Shown here one piece after another: positions 50,959 to 64,000 of a stretch of DNA of 64,000 nucleotides (positions are counted from its first letter, which is position 1; the number at the start of each line of letters is the position of its first letter). Below the pieces are notes generated by a model that searched no databases, was not told the DNA's origin, and saw only the letters and a program-made list of their open reading frames with translations. Both the position numbers and the translations under genes were made by a program. Source of the stretch: Felis catus (taxonomy: Eukaryota); assembly GCF_018350175.1 (NCBI RefSeq), contig NC_058368.1, positions 32,800,001 to 32,864,000 on the forward strand, given 5' to 3'.

Positions 50959-53900
50959 ATTTTATTTTATTTTTCTTCAATATATGAAGTTAATTGTCAA
51001 ATTGGTTTCCATACAACACCCAGTACTCATCCCAAAAGGTGCCCTCCTCAATACCCATCACCCACCCTCCCCTCCCTCCCACCCCCCATCAACCCTCTGT
51101 TCTCAGTTTTTAAGAGTCTCTTATGCTTTGGCTCTCTTCCACTCTAACCTCTTTTTTTTTCCTTCCCCTCCCCCATGGGTTTCTGTTAAGTTTCTCAGGA
51201 TCCACATAAGAGTGAAACGATATGGTATCTGTCTTTCTCTGTATGGCTTATTTCACTTAGCATCACACTCTCCAGTTCCATCCATGTTGCTACAAAGGGC
51301 CAAATTTCATTCTTTCTCACTGCCACGTAGTATTCCACTGTGTATATAAACCACAATTTCTTTATCCATTCTTCAGTTGATGGACATTTAGGCTTTTGCC
51401 ATAATTTGGCTATTGTTGAGAGTGCTGCTAAGAACATTGGGGTACAAGTACCCCTATGCATCAGTACTCCTGTATCCCTTGGGTAAATTCCTAGTAGTGC
51501 TATTGCTGGGTCATAGGGTAGGTCTATTTTTAATTTTCTGAGGAACCTCCACACTGTTTTCCAGAGTGGCTGTACCAGTTTGCATTCCCACCAACAGTGC
51601 AAGAGGGTTCCCGTTTCTCCACATCCTCTCCAGCCTCTATAGTCTCCTGATTTGTTCATTTTGGCCATTCTGACTAGTGTGAGGTGATATCCGAGTGTGG
51701 TTTTGATTTGTATTTCCCTGATGAGGAGCGACGTTGAGCATCTTTTCATGTGCCTGTTGGCCATCTATATGTCTTCTTTAGAGAAGTATCTATTCATATT
51801 TTCTGCCCATTACTTCATTGGGTTATTTGTTTTTCGGGTGTGGAGTTTGGTGAGCTCTTTATAGATTTTGGATACTAGCCCTTTGTCGGATATGTCATTT
51901 GCAAACATCTTTTCCCATTCCGTTGGTTGCCTTTTAGTTTTATTGGTTGTTTCCTTTGCTGTGCAGAAGCTTTTTATCTTCATGAGGTCCCAGTAATTCA
52001 CTTTTGCTTTTAATTTCCTTGCCTTTGGGGATGTGTCAAGTAAGAAATTGCTACAGCTGAGGTCAGAGAGGTCTTTTCCTGCTTTCTCCTCTAGGGCTTG
52101 GATGGTTTCCTGTCTCACATTTAGGTCCTTTATCCATTTTGAGTTTATTTTTGTGAATGGTGTGAGAAAGTGGTCTCGTTTCAATCTTCTGCATGTTGCT
52201 GTCCAGTTTTCCCAGCACCATATGTTAAAGAGGCTGTCTTTTTTCCATTGGATATTCTTTCCTGCTTTGTCAAAGATGAGTTGGCCATACGTTTGTGGGT
52301 CTAGTTCTGGGGTTTCGATTCTATTCCATTGGTCTATGTGTCTGTTTTTGTGCCAATACCATGCTGTCTTGATGATGACAGCTTTGTAGTAGAGGCTAAA
52401 GTCTGGGATTGTGATGCCTCCTGCTTTGGTCTTCTTCTTCAAAATTCCTTTGGCTATTCGGGGCCTTTTGTGGTTCCATATGAATTTTAGGATTGCTTGT
52501 TCTAGCTTTGAGAAGAATGCTGGTGCAATTTTCATTGGGATTGCCTTGAATGTGTAGATAGCTTTGGGTAGTATTGACATTTTGACAATATTTATTTTTC
52601 CAATCCATGAGCACGGAAAGTTTTTCCATTTCTTTATATCTTCTTCAATTTCCTTCATAAGCTTTCTATAGTTTTCAGCATACAGATCTTTTACATCTTT
52701 GGTTAGATTTATACCTAGGTATTTTATGCTTCTTGGTGCAATTGTGAATGGGATCAGTTTCTTTATTTGTCTTTCTGTTGCTTCATTGTTAGTGTATAAG
52801 AATGCAACTGATTTCTGTACATTGATTTTGTATCCTGCAACTTTGCTAAATTCATTTATCAGTTCTAGCAGACTTCGGTTGGAATCTATCGGATTTTCCA
52901 TGTATAATATCATGTCATCTGCAAAAAGTGAAAGTTTAACTTCATCTTTACCAGTTTTGATGCCTTTGATTTCCTTTTGTTGTCTGATTGCTGATGCTAG
53001 TACTTCCAACACTATATTAAACAACAGTGGTGAGAGTGGACATCCCTGTCGTGTTCCTGATCTCAGGGAGAAAGCTCTCAGTTTTTCCCCATTGAGGATG
53101 ATGTTAGCTGTGGGCTTTTCATAAATGGCTTTTATGATCTTTATGTGTGTTCCTTCTATCCCGACTTTCTCGAGGGTTTTTATTAAGAAAGGGTGCTGGA
53201 TTTTGTCAAAGGTGTTTTCTGCATTGATATGATTCTTATCTTTTCTTTTATTAATGTGATGTGTCACATTGATTGATTTGTGAATGTTGAACCAGCCCTG
53301 CATCCCAGGAATGAATCCCACTTGATCATGGTGAATAATTCTTTTTATAGGCTGTTGAATTCGATTTGCTAGTATCTTATTGAGAATTTTTGCATCCATA
53401 TTCATCAGGGATATTGGCCTGTAGTTCTCTTTTTTTACTGGGTCTCTGTCTGGTTTAGGAATCAAAGTAATACTGGCTTCATAGAATGAGTCTGGAAGTT
53501 TTCCTTCCCTTTCTATTTCTTGGAATAGCTTGAGAAGGATAGGTATTATCTCTGCTTTAAACGTCTGGTAGAACTCCCCTGGGAAGCCATCTGGTCCTGG
53601 ACTCTTATTTATTGGGAGATTTTTGATGACTGATTCAATTTCTTCGCTGGTTATGGGTCTGTTCGAGCTTTCTATTTCCTCCTGATTGAGTTTTGGAAGC
53701 GTGTGGGTGTTTAGGAATTTGTCCATTTCTTCCTGGTTGTCCAATTTGTTGGCATATAATTTTTCATACTATTCCATGATCATTGCTTGTATCTCTGAGG
53801 GATTGGTTGTAATAATTCCATTTTCATTCATGATTTTATCTATTTGGGTCATCTCCCTTTTCTTTTTGAGAAGCCCGGCTAGAGGTTTGTCAATTTTGTT

Positions 53901-56872
53901 TATTTTTTCAAAAAACCAACTCTTGGTTTCATAGATCTGCTCTACAGTTTTTTTTAGATTCTATATTGTTTATTTCTGCTCTGATCTTTATTATTTCTCT
54001 TCTTCTGCTGGGGTTAGGCTGTCTTTGCTGTTCTGCTTCTAGTTCCTTTAGGTGTGCTGTTAGATTTTGTATTTGGGATTTTTCTTGTTTCTTGAGATAG
54101 GCCTGGATTGCGATGTATTTTCCTCTCAGGACTGCCTTCGCTGCATCCCAAAGTGTTTGGATTGTTGTATTTTCATTTTCGTTTGTTTCCATATATTTTT
54201 AAATTTCTTCTCTAATTGCCTGGTTGACCCATTCATTCTTTAGTAGGGTGTTCTTTAACCTCCATGCCTTTGGAGGTTTTCCAGACTTTTTTCTGTGGTT
54301 GATTTCAAGCTTCATAGCATTGTGGTCTGAAAGTATGGATGGTACAATTTCAATTCTTGTATACTTATGAAGGGCTGTTTTGTGACCCAGTATGTGATCT
54401 ATCTTGGAGAACGTTCCATGTGCACTCGAGAAGAAAGTATATTCTGTTACTTTGGGATGCGGAGTTCTAAATATATCTGTCAAGTCCATCTGATCCAATG
54501 TCTCATTCAGGGCCCTTGTTCTTTATTGACCGTGTGTCTAGCTGACCTATCCATTTCTGTGAGTGGGGTGTTCAAGTCCCCTGCAATTACCACATTCTTA
54601 TCAATAAGGTTGCTTATGTTTGTGAGTAGTTGTTTTATATATTTGGGGGCTCCTGTATTCGGCGCATAGACATTTATAATTGTTAGCTCTTCCTGATGGA
54701 TAGACCCTGTAACTATTATATAATGTCCTTCTTCATCCCTTGTTACAGCCTTTAATTTAAAGTCTAGTTTGTCTGATATAAGTATGGCTACTTCAGCTTT
54801 CTTTTGCCTTCCAGTGGCATGATAAATTGTTCTCCATCCCCTTACTCTCAATATGAAGGTGGTCTCAGGTCTAAAATGAGTCTCTTGTAGACAGCAAATA
54901 GATGGGTCTTGTTTTTTTTTTATCTATTCTGATACCCTATGTCTTTTGGTTGGCGCATTTAGTCCATTTACATTCAGTGTTATTATAGAAAAATATGGGT
55001 TTAGAGTCATTGTGATGTCCATAAGTTTCATGCTTGTAGCATGTCTCTGGTACTTTGTCTCACGGGATCCCCCTTAGGATCTCTTGTAGGGCTGGTTTAG
55101 TGGTGATAAATTTCTTCAGTTTTTGTTTGTTTGGGAAGACCTTTAACTCTCCTTCTATTCTAAATGACAGACTTGCTGGATAAAGGATTCTCGGCTGCAT
55201 ATTTTTTCTGTTCATCACATTGAAGATTTCCTGCCATTCCTTTCTGGCCTGCCAAGTTTCAGTAGAGAGATCAGTCACAAGTCTTATAGGTCTCCCTTTA
55301 TATGTTAGAGCACGGTTATCTCTAGCTGCTTTCAGAATTTTCTCTTTATCCTTGTATTATGCCGGTTTCACTATGATATGTCCTACAGAAGATCGATTCA
55401 AGTTATGTCTGAAGGGAGTTCTCTGTGCCTCTTGGATTTCAATGCCTTTTTCCTTCCCCAGATCAGGGAAGTTCTCAGCTACTATTTCTTCAAGTACCCC
55501 TTCAGCACCTTTCCCTCTCTCTTCCTCCTCTGGAATACTAATTATGCATATATTATTTCTCTTTAGTGCATCACTTACTTCTCTAATTTTCCCCTCATAC
55601 TCCTGGATTTTTTTATCTCTCTTTTTCTCAGCTTCTTCTTTTTCCATAATTTTATCTTCTAGTTCACCTATTCTCTCCTCTGCCTCTTCAGTCCGAGCCG
55701 TAGTTGTCTCCATTTTATTTTGCAACTCGTTGATAGCATTTTTTAGCTCCTCCTGGCTGTTCCTTAGTCCCTTGATCTCTGTAGCAAGAGATTCTCTGCT
55801 GTCCTTTATACTGTTTTCAAGCCCAGCATTTAATTTTATGACTATTATTCTAAATTCACTTTCTGTTATATTGTTTAAATCCTTTTTGACCAGTTCATTA
55901 GCTGTTGTTATTTCCTGGACGTTTTTCTGAGGGGAATTCTTCCGTTTCATTTTGGATAGTCCCCGGAGTGGTGCAGGAGTGCAGGGCACTTTCCCTGTGC
56001 TGTCTTGTATAAGGTGCGTTGGTGGGCGGGGCCACAGTCAGACCTGATGTCTGCCCCCAGCCCACTGCTAGGGCCACAGTCAGACTGGTGTGTGCCTTCT
56101 CTTCCCCTCTCCTATGGGCGGGATTTCCTGTGGGGTGGCATGGCCCCTCTGGGCTACTTGCACACTGCCAGGCTTGTGGTGCTGGGAATCTGGCGTATTA
56201 GCTGGGGTGGATTGGCAAGGTGCAAGGGAGCAGGAGGGGCAGGCTCAGCTGGCTTTTCCTTCAGATATCTGCTTTGGGAGGGGCCCTGTGGCACCAGGAG
56301 GGAGTCAGACCCACAGGAGGGATGGATCCGCAGAAGCACAGCTTTGGGTGTTTGCGTGGTGCAAGCAAGTTCCCTGGCAGGAACTGGTTCTTTGGGATTT
56401 TGGCTTGGGGATGGGCGAGGGAGATGGCGCTGGCGAGCACCTTTGGTCCCTGCCAAGCTGAGCTCTGTCATCCGGGGCTCAACAACTCTTCCTCCCGTTG
56501 TTCCCCAGCCCTCCCATTCTCTGAGCAGAACTGTTAGCTTATAACCTTCCAGATGTCAAGTCCTGCTTGCTGTCGGAACACACTCCATCCGGCCCCTCAG
56601 CTTTTGCCAGCCAGACTCGGGGTCTCTGCTTGGCCGGCGGGCCACCCCTCTGCCCTGGCTCCCTCCCGCCACCGTGGAGCGCGCACCGCCTCCCCACCCT
56701 TCCTACCCTCTTCTGTGGGCCTCTCATCTGCGCTTGGCTCTGGAGACTCAGTTCTGCTAGTCTTCTGGTGGTTTTCTGGGTTAGTTAGGCAGCTGTAGGT
56801 GGAATCTAAGTGATCAGCAGGATGCACAGTGAGCGCAGCGTCCTCCTACTCCGCCATCTTCCCGGGATCCTC
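50959..56872 (-). mobile_element. Full-length felid LINE-1, multiply disrupted
   Basis: 5' UTR, ORF1 with a stop at 55357, ORF2 in several fragments, 3' UTR. TSD ccatttttaatt at 50947-50958 and 56873-56884. Confidence 0.97.
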
Positions 56873-57269
56873 CCATTTTTAATTTTTTGAGGATCCTCCA
56901 TACTGTTTTCCATAGTGACTAGAACTTTAAGAGACTACTATGCATAATTATATGCCAAAAAATTGGATAATCTAGAAGAAATTGATATTTTCTTTTTTTT
57001 TATTTTTTTGTGTTAAATACTGAGATTTTTATTTTTTAAATTTTTTTTATATATGAAATTTATTGACGAATTGGTTTCCATACAACACCCAGTGCTCATC
57101 CCAAAAGGTGCCCTCCTCAATACCCATCACCCACCCTCTCCTCCCTCCCACCCCCCATCAACCCTCAGTTTGTTCTCAGTTTTTAAGAGTCTCTTATGCT
57201 TTGGCTCTCTCCCACTCTAACCTCTTTTTTTTTTTTCTTCCCCTCCCCCATGGGTTCCTGTTAAGTTTC

Positions 57270-60200
57270 TTAGGATCCACATAAGAGTGAAACGATATGG
57301 TATCTGTCTTTCTCTGTATGGCTTATTTCACTTAGCATTACATTCTCCAGTTCCATCCACGTTGCTACAAAAGGCCAAATTTCATTTTTTCTCATTGCCA
57401 CGTAGTACTCCATTGTGTATATAAACCACAATTTCTTTATCCATTCATCAGTTGATGGACATTTAGGCTCTTTCCATACTTTGGCTATTGTTGAGAGTGC
57501 TGCTATGAACATTGGGGTACAAGTGCCCCTATGCATCAGTACTTCTGTATCCCTTGGATAAATTCCTAGCAGTGCTATTGCTGGGTCATAGGGTAGGTCT
57601 ATTTTTAATTTTCTGAGGAACCTCCACACTGCTTTCCAGAGTGGCTGCACCAATTTGCATTCCCACCAACAGTGCAAGAGGGTTCCCATTTCTCCACATC
57701 CTCTTCAGCATCGATAGTCTCCTGATTTGTTCATTTTGGCCACTCTGATTGGCGTGAGGTGATACCTGAGTGTGGTTTTGATTTGTATTTCCCTGATAAG
57801 GAGCGACGCTGAACATCTTTTCATGTGCCTGTTGGCCATCCGGAAGTCTTCTTTAGAGAAGTGTCTATTCATGTTTTCTGCCCATTTCTTCACTGGGTTA
57901 TTTGTTTTTCGGGTGTGGAGTTTGGTGAGCTCTTTATAGATTTTGGATACTAGCCCTTTGTCCGATATGTCATTTGCGAATATCTTTTCCCATTCTGTTG
58001 GTTGCCTTTTAGTTTTGTTGGTTGTTTCCTTTGCTGTGCAGAAGCTTTTTATCTTCATAAGGTCCCAGTAATTCACTTTTGCTTTTAATTCCCTTGCCTT
58101 TGGGGATGTGTCGAGGAAGAGATTGCTACAGCTGAGGTCAGAGAGGTCTTTTCCTGCTTTCTCCTCTAGGGCTTTGATGGTTTCCTGTCTCACATTTAGG
58201 TCCTTTATCCATTTTGAGTTTATTTTTGTGAATGGTGTGAGAAAGTGGTCTAGTGTCAACCTTCTGCATGTTGCTGTCCAGTTCTCCCAGCACCATTTGT
58301 TAAAGAGGCTGTCTTTTTTCCATTGGATGTTCTTTCCTGCTTTGTCAAAGATGAGTTGGCCATACGTTTGTGGGTCTAGTTCTGGGGTTTCGATTCTATT
58401 CCATTGGTCTATGTGTCTGTTTTTGTGCCAATGCCATGTTGTCTTGATGATGACAGCTTTGTAGTAGAGGCTAAAGTCTGGGATTGTGATGCCTCCTGCT
58501 TTGGTCTTCTTCTTCAAAATTCCTTTGGCCATTTGGCGCCTTTTGTGGTTCCATATGAATTTTAGGATTGCTTGTTCTAGTTTTGAGAAGAATGCTGTGC
58601 AATTTTGATTGGGATTGCATTGAATGTGTAGATAGCTTTGGGTAGTATTGACATTTTGACAATATTTATTCTTCCAATCCATGAGCAGGGAATGTCTTTC
58701 CATTTCTTTAAATCTTCTTCAATTTCCTTCATAAGCTTTCTATAGTTTTCAGCATACAGATCCTTTACATCTTTGGTTAGATTTATTCCTAGGTATTTTA
58801 TGCTTCTTGGTGCAATTGTGAATGGGATCAGTTTCTTTATTTGTCTTTCTGTTGCTTCATTGTTAGTGTATAAGAATGCAACTGATTTCTGTACATTGAT
58901 TTTGTATCCTGCAACTTTGCTGAATTCCTGTATCAGTTCTAGCAGACTTTTGGTGGAGTCTTTTGGATTTTCCATGTATAATATCATGTCATCTGCAAAA
59001 AGCGAAAGCTTGACTTCATCTTTGCCAATTTGGATGCCTTTGATTTCCTTTTGTTGTCTGATTGCTGATGCTAGAACTTCCACCACTATGTTAAACAGCA
59101 GCGGTGAGAGTGGACATCCCTGTCGTGTTCCTGATCTCAGGGAGAAAGCTCTCAGTTTTTCCCCATTGAGGATGATGTTAGCTGTGGGCTTTTCATAAAT
59201 GGCTTTTATGATCTTTATGTATGTTACTTCTATCCCGACTTTCTCAAGGGTTTTTATTAAGAAACCGTGCTGGATTTTGTCAAAGGCCTTTTCTGCATCG
59301 ATTGACAGGATCATATGGTTCTTCTCTTTTTTTTTGTTAATGTGATGTATCACGTTGATTGATTTGCGAATGTTGAACCAGCCCTGCATCCCAGGAATGA
59401 ATCCCACTTGATCATGGTGAATAATTCTTTTGAGAGGCTGTTGAATTCGATTTGCTAGTATCTTATTGAGAATTTTTGCATCCATATTCATCAGGGATAT
59501 TGGCCTGTAGTTCTCTTTTTTTACTGGGTCTCTGTCTGGTTTAGGAATCAAAGTAATACTGGCTTCATAGAATGAGTCTGGAAGTTTTCCTTCCCTTTCT
59601 ATTTCTTGGAATAGCTTGAGAAGGATAGGTATTATCTCTGCTTTAAACGTCTGGTAGAACTCCCCTGGGAAGCCATCTGGTCCTGGACTCTTATTTATTG
59701 GGAGATTTTTGATGACTGATTCAATTTCTTCGCTGGTTATGGGTCTGTTCGAGCTTTCTATTTCCTCCTGATTGAGTTTTGGAAGCGTGTGGGTGTTTAG
59801 GAATTTGTCCATTTCTTCCTGGTTGTCCAATTTGTTGGCATATAATTTTTCATAGTATTCCCTGAGAATTGTTTGTATCTCTGAGGGATTGGTTGTAATA
59901 ATTCCATTTGCATTCATGATTTTATCTATTTGGGTCATCTCCCTTTTCTTTTTGAGAAGCCTGGCTAGAGGTTTGTCAATTTTGTTTATTTTTTCAAAAA
60001 ACCAACTCTTGGTTTCGTTGATCTGCTCTACAGTTTTTTTAGATTCTATATTGTTTATTTCTGCTCTGATCTTTATTATTTCCTTTCTTCTGCTGGGTTT
60101 AGGCTGCCTTTGATGTTCTGCTTCTAGTTCCTTTAGGTGTGCTGTTAGATTTTGTATTTGGGATTTTTCTTGTTTCTTGAGATAGGCCTGGATTGCAATG

Positions 60201-61093
60201 TATTTTCCTCTCAGGGCTGCCTTCGCTGCATCCCAAAGCATTTGGATTGTTGTATTTTCATTTTCGTTTGTTTCCATATGTTTTTTAATTTCTTCTCTAA
60301 TTGCCTGTTTGACCCACTCATTCGTTAGTAGGGTGTTCTTTAACCTCCATGCTTTTGGAGGTTTTCCAGACTTTTTTCTGTGGTTGATTTCAAGCTTCAT
60401 AGCTTTGTGGTCTGAAAGTATGCATGGTATAATTTCAATTCTTGTAAACTTATGAAGGGCTGTTTTGTGACCCAGTATTTGATCTATCTTGGAGAATGTT
60501 CCATGTGCACTCGAGAAGAAAGTATATTCTGTTGCTTTGGGATGTAGAGTTCTAAATATATCTGTCAAGTCCATCTGATCCAATGTCTCATTCAGGGCCC
60601 TTGTTTCTTTATTGACCGTGTGTCTAGATGATCTATCCATTTCTGTAAGTGGGTTGTTAAGGTTCCCTGCAATTACCACATTCTTATCAATAAGGTTGCT
60701 TATGTTTATGAGTAATTGTTTTATATATTTGGAGGCTCCGGTATTCGGCGCATAGACATTTATAATTGTTAGCTCTTCCTGATGGATAGACCCTGTAACT
60801 ATTATATAATGTCCTTCTTCATCCCTTGTTACAGCCTTTAATTTAAAGTCTAGTTTGTCTGATATAAGTATGGCTACTCCAGCTTTCTTTTGGCTTCCAG
60901 TCGCATGATAAATAGTTCTCCATCCCCTCACTCTCAATCTAAAGGTGTCCTCAGGTCTAAAATGAGTCTCTTGTAGACAGCAAATAGATGGGTCTTGTTT
61001 TTTTATCCATTCTGATACCCTATGTCTTTTGGTTGGCGCATTTAATCCATTTACATTCAGTGTTATTATAGAAAGATACGGGTTTAGAGTCAT
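57270..61093 (-). pseudogene. L1 ORF2p (endonuclease, RT, C domain) with one frameshift and one nonsense codon
   Basis: [26 protein letters not shown] and HCWWECK motifs. 1-bp deletion near 58597 relative to the neighbouring copy. TGA at about 57705 (YRC*RGC). Confidence 0.92.
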
Positions 61094-61142
61094 TGTGCTG
61101 TCTGTATGTTTTATGCTTGTAGTGATGTCTCTGGGATTTGTC

Positions 61143-62036
61143 TCACAGGGTCCCCCTTAGGATCTCTTGTAGGGCTGGTTTAGTGGTGACAAATTCCTTC
61201 AGTTTTTGTTTGTTTGGGAAGACCTTTATCTCTCCTTCTATTCTAAATGACAGACTTGCTGGATAAAGGATTCTCGGCTGCATATTTTTTCTGTCTAGCA
61301 CCCTGAAAATCTCGTGCCAATTCTTTCTGGCCTGCCAAGTGTCAAAAGAGAGATCAGTCACGAGTCTTATAGGTCTCCCTTTATATGTGAGGGCACGTTT
61401 ACCCCTTGCTGCTTTCAGAATTTTCTCTTTATCCTTGTATTTTGCCAGTTTGACTATGATATGTCGTGCAGAAGATCGATTCAAGTTATGTCTGAAGGGA
61501 GTTCTCTGTGCCTCTTGGATTTCAATGCCTTTTTTCTTCCCCAGTTCAGGGAAGTTCTCAGCTATTATTTCTTGAAGTACCCCTTCAGCACCTTTCCCTG
61601 TCTCTTCCTCCTCTGGGATACCAATTATGCGTATATTATTTCTTTTTAGTGTATCACTTAGTTCTCTAATTTTCCCCTCATACTCCTGGATTTTTTTATC
61701 TCTCTTTTTCTCAGCTTCTTCTTTTTCCATAACTTTATCTTCTAGTTCACCTATTCTCTCCTCTGCCTCTTCAAGCCGAGCTGTGGTGGTTTCCATTTTG
61801 TTATGCATTTCGTTTAAAGCGTTTTTCAGCTTCTCGTGACTGTTCCTTAGTCCCTTGATCTCTGTAGCAAGAGATTCTCTGCTGTCCTGTATACTGTTTT
61901 CAAGCCCAGCGATTAATTTTATGACTATTATTCTAAATTCACTTTCTGTTATATTATTTAAATCCTTTTTGATCAGCTCATTAGCTGTTGTTATTTCCTG
62001 GAGATTCTTCTGAGGGGAATTCTTCCGCTTGGTCAT
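61143..62036 (-). CDS. L1 ORF1p (intact frame, about 297 aa)
   Basis: [10 protein letters not shown]...coiled coil...[14 protein letters not shown]...ILYPASLSF...[12 protein letters not shown]. Confidence 0.9.
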   Translation of the reverse strand: MTKRKNSPQKNLQEITTANELIKKDLNNITESEFRIIVIKLIAGLENSIQDSRESLATEIKGLRNSHEKLKNALNEMHNKMETTTARLEEAEERIGELEDKVMEKEEAEKKRDKKIQEYEGKIRELSDTLKRNNIRIIGIPEEEETGKGAEGVLQEIIAENFPELGKKKGIEIQEAQRTPFRHNLNRSSARHIIVKLAKYKDKEKILKAARGKRALTYKGRPIRLVTDLSFDTWQARKNWHEIFRVLDRKNMQPRILYPASLSFRIEGEIKVFPNKQKLKEFVTTKPALQEILRGTL

Positions 62037-62956
62037 TTTGGATAGTCCCTGGCATGGTGAGGACCTGCAGGGCACTTCCCCTGTGCTGTGGTGTATAACT
62101 GGAGTTGGTGGGCGGGGTCGCAGTCAGACCTAATGTCTGCCCCCAGCCCACAGCTGGGGCCATAGTCAGACTGGTGTGTGCCTTCTCTTCCCCTCTCCTA
62201 GGGGCGGGATTCACTGTGGGGTGGTGTGGCCCGTCTGGGTTACTTGCACACTGCCAGGCTTGTGATGCTGGGGATCTGGCGTATTAGCTGGGGTGGGTAG
62301 GCAAGTTGCATGGGGGCAGGAGGGGCAGGCTTAGCTCACTTCTCCTTAGGTGATCCACTTCAGGAGGGGCCCTGTGGCAGTGAGAAGGAGTCAGATCCGC
62401 TGCCGGAGGTTTGGCTCTGCAGAAGCACAGAGTTGGGTGTTTGCTGGGAGCCAGCAAGTTCCCTGGCAGGAACTGGTTCTCTTTGGGATTTTGGCTGGGG
62501 GATGGGCGGGGGAGATGGTGCTGGTGAGCGCCTTTGTTCCCCACCAACTGAGCTCTGTTGCCCTGGGGCTCAGCAGCTTTCCCTCCCTTTGTCCTCCAGC
62601 CTTCCCGCTTTCTGAGCAGAGCTGTTAACTTATGACCTCCCAGACGCTAAGTCGAGCTTGTTGTGGGAACACAGTCCGTCAGGCCCCTCCGCTTTTGCAA
62701 GCCAGCCTCGGGGGCTCTGCTTGGCCAGCGAGCTGCCCCTCCGCCCCGGCTCCCTCCCGCCCGTCTGTGGAGCTCGCACCGCCTCGCCGCCCTTCCTACC
62801 CTCTTCCGTGGGCCTCTCGTCTGCGTTTGGCTCCGGCGACTCCGTTCTGCTAATCCTCTGGCGGTTTTCTGGGTTATTTAGGCAGGTGTAGGTGGAATCT
62901 AAGTGATCAGCAGGACGTGCGGTGAGCCCAGCGTCCTCCTAAGCTGCCATCTTGCC

Positions 62957-64000
62957 GATATTTTCTTTTTAAAGATAAAAGTTACCAAGACTGAATGAGG
63001 AAGAAGTAGAAAATCTGAAAAGACCAATAATGAGAAAAGAGATTGAATCAGTAGTTTAAAATTTCCCAAGAAAGAAAACCCCAGGACCAGATGGCTTCAC
63101 TGGTGAATTACAGCAAACATTTAAGAAGATTTAATGCCAATCCTTCTCAAATGCTTCCAAAAAAAAATTGAAGAGAAGGGAATACTTCCAAACTCATTTT
63201 GCAAGCTTAGTATTACCCTAAGCCAGGTAAAGATGCCACAAGAAGATAAAACTATAGGCCAATATCCCTGATGAATATAGATACAAAATACTAGCAAACT
63301 GAATTAAAAAACACAGGAAAAGGATTATATACATGATCAAGTGGGATTTATCCTTAGGATGCAAGGATATTTCAGTATACGCAAATCAATAAATGTGATA
63401 TAATTCATTAATAGTATGAAATACAAAAGTCATGTGATCATGTCAATAAATGCAGTAAAGCATTTGACAAAATACAGCACTCTTTTTTTTTAAGTTTATC
63501 TATTTATTTTGAGAGAGTAGGAGAGAGAGAGAGTGGGGGAGGGGAAGAGAGATAGAATCCTAAGCAGGCTCTGCACTGATAGTAGTATTTTATGGGGCTC
63601 GAACCCACAAACTGTGAGATCATGTCCTAAGCTGAAATTCAGTCAGACACTTAACCAAGTGAGCCACCCCCCCCAACATTCTTTCATGATTGAAACTCTC
63701 AATAAATTACATATAGAAGGGATGTAGCTCAATATAATAAAGGCTACATTCCACAAACGCACAATTAGCATCATATTCAATAGTTAAAAACAGAAATCTT
63801 TTTTTCTATGAGGAACAAGATGAAGGTAATCATTCTTAACAGTCCTGATTCAACATAGTACTGGGAGTCCTAGCCAGAGCATTAGGCAAGACAAATAAGT
63901 CATACAAATCAGAAAGGAAGAAGTACAATTGTCAGTATTTGAAGATGATATGATCTTATATTTGGAAAATCCTAAAGACTCAACACAGAAACTTAGAACC
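62957..64000 (+). mobile_element. Older L1 ORF2 segment (begins at 56925-56997)
   Basis: Degenerate LYAKKLDNLEEID / KLPRLNEEEVENL / PGPDGFTGE / HDQVGFI sequence, split by the young L1. Confidence 0.85.
63483..63674 (-). mobile_element. CAN-SINE inside old L1
   Basis: Reverse-complement head and T tail. Confidence 0.85.

Larger units (their letters stand above)
56998..62956 (-). mobile_element. Full-length young felid LINE-1
   Basis: GC-rich 5' UTR, ORF1, ORF2, 3' UTR and A tail. TSD gatattttcttttt at 56984-56997 and 62957-62970. Confidence 0.97.

Noticed and set aside
52033..62891. Many plus-strand ORFs of 60-236 aa
   Set aside because: Antisense frames of L1 ORF1, ORF2 and the GC-rich 5' UTR, repeated in each copy.
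1..64000. CRISPR arrays, operons or other prokaryotic systems
   Set aside because: The sequence is mammalian, with no regularly spaced repeat-spacer structure.

Overview
AT-rich mammalian DNA, almost certainly from a cat-family genome: it carries felid-type tRNA-derived CAN-SINEs and felid L1s. No intact host protein-coding gene is evident. Much of the window is retroelement: two full-length young L1s on the minus strand (50959-56872 and 56998-62956) nested in an older inverted L1, a twin-primed L1 (11850-15022), a solo LTR with a 6-bp TSD, about 20 SINEs, and old L1M/L2/MIR/ERVL debris. The main discovery lies in the unique DNA between the repeats. On the minus strand, from about 48.7 kb down to about 1.35 kb, there are about 20 or more decayed exon-like blocks, many with recognisable splice sites. 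Translated by hand through stops and frameshifts, they repeatedly resemble SEA domains (F-x-I-T-N-x-x-F-x-x-D-L-x-N-x-x-S-x-E-F/Y ... L-x-x-L-F ... S/G-F-x-x-G-S-V-x-V). One module appears to follow the split three-exon SEA layout of MUC16 repeats. I interpret this as the fossil of a giant multi-SEA, MUC16-like mucin gene. The domain call is by eye and needs profile-HMM confirmation. Pseudo-exon and old-repeat boundaries are approximate.
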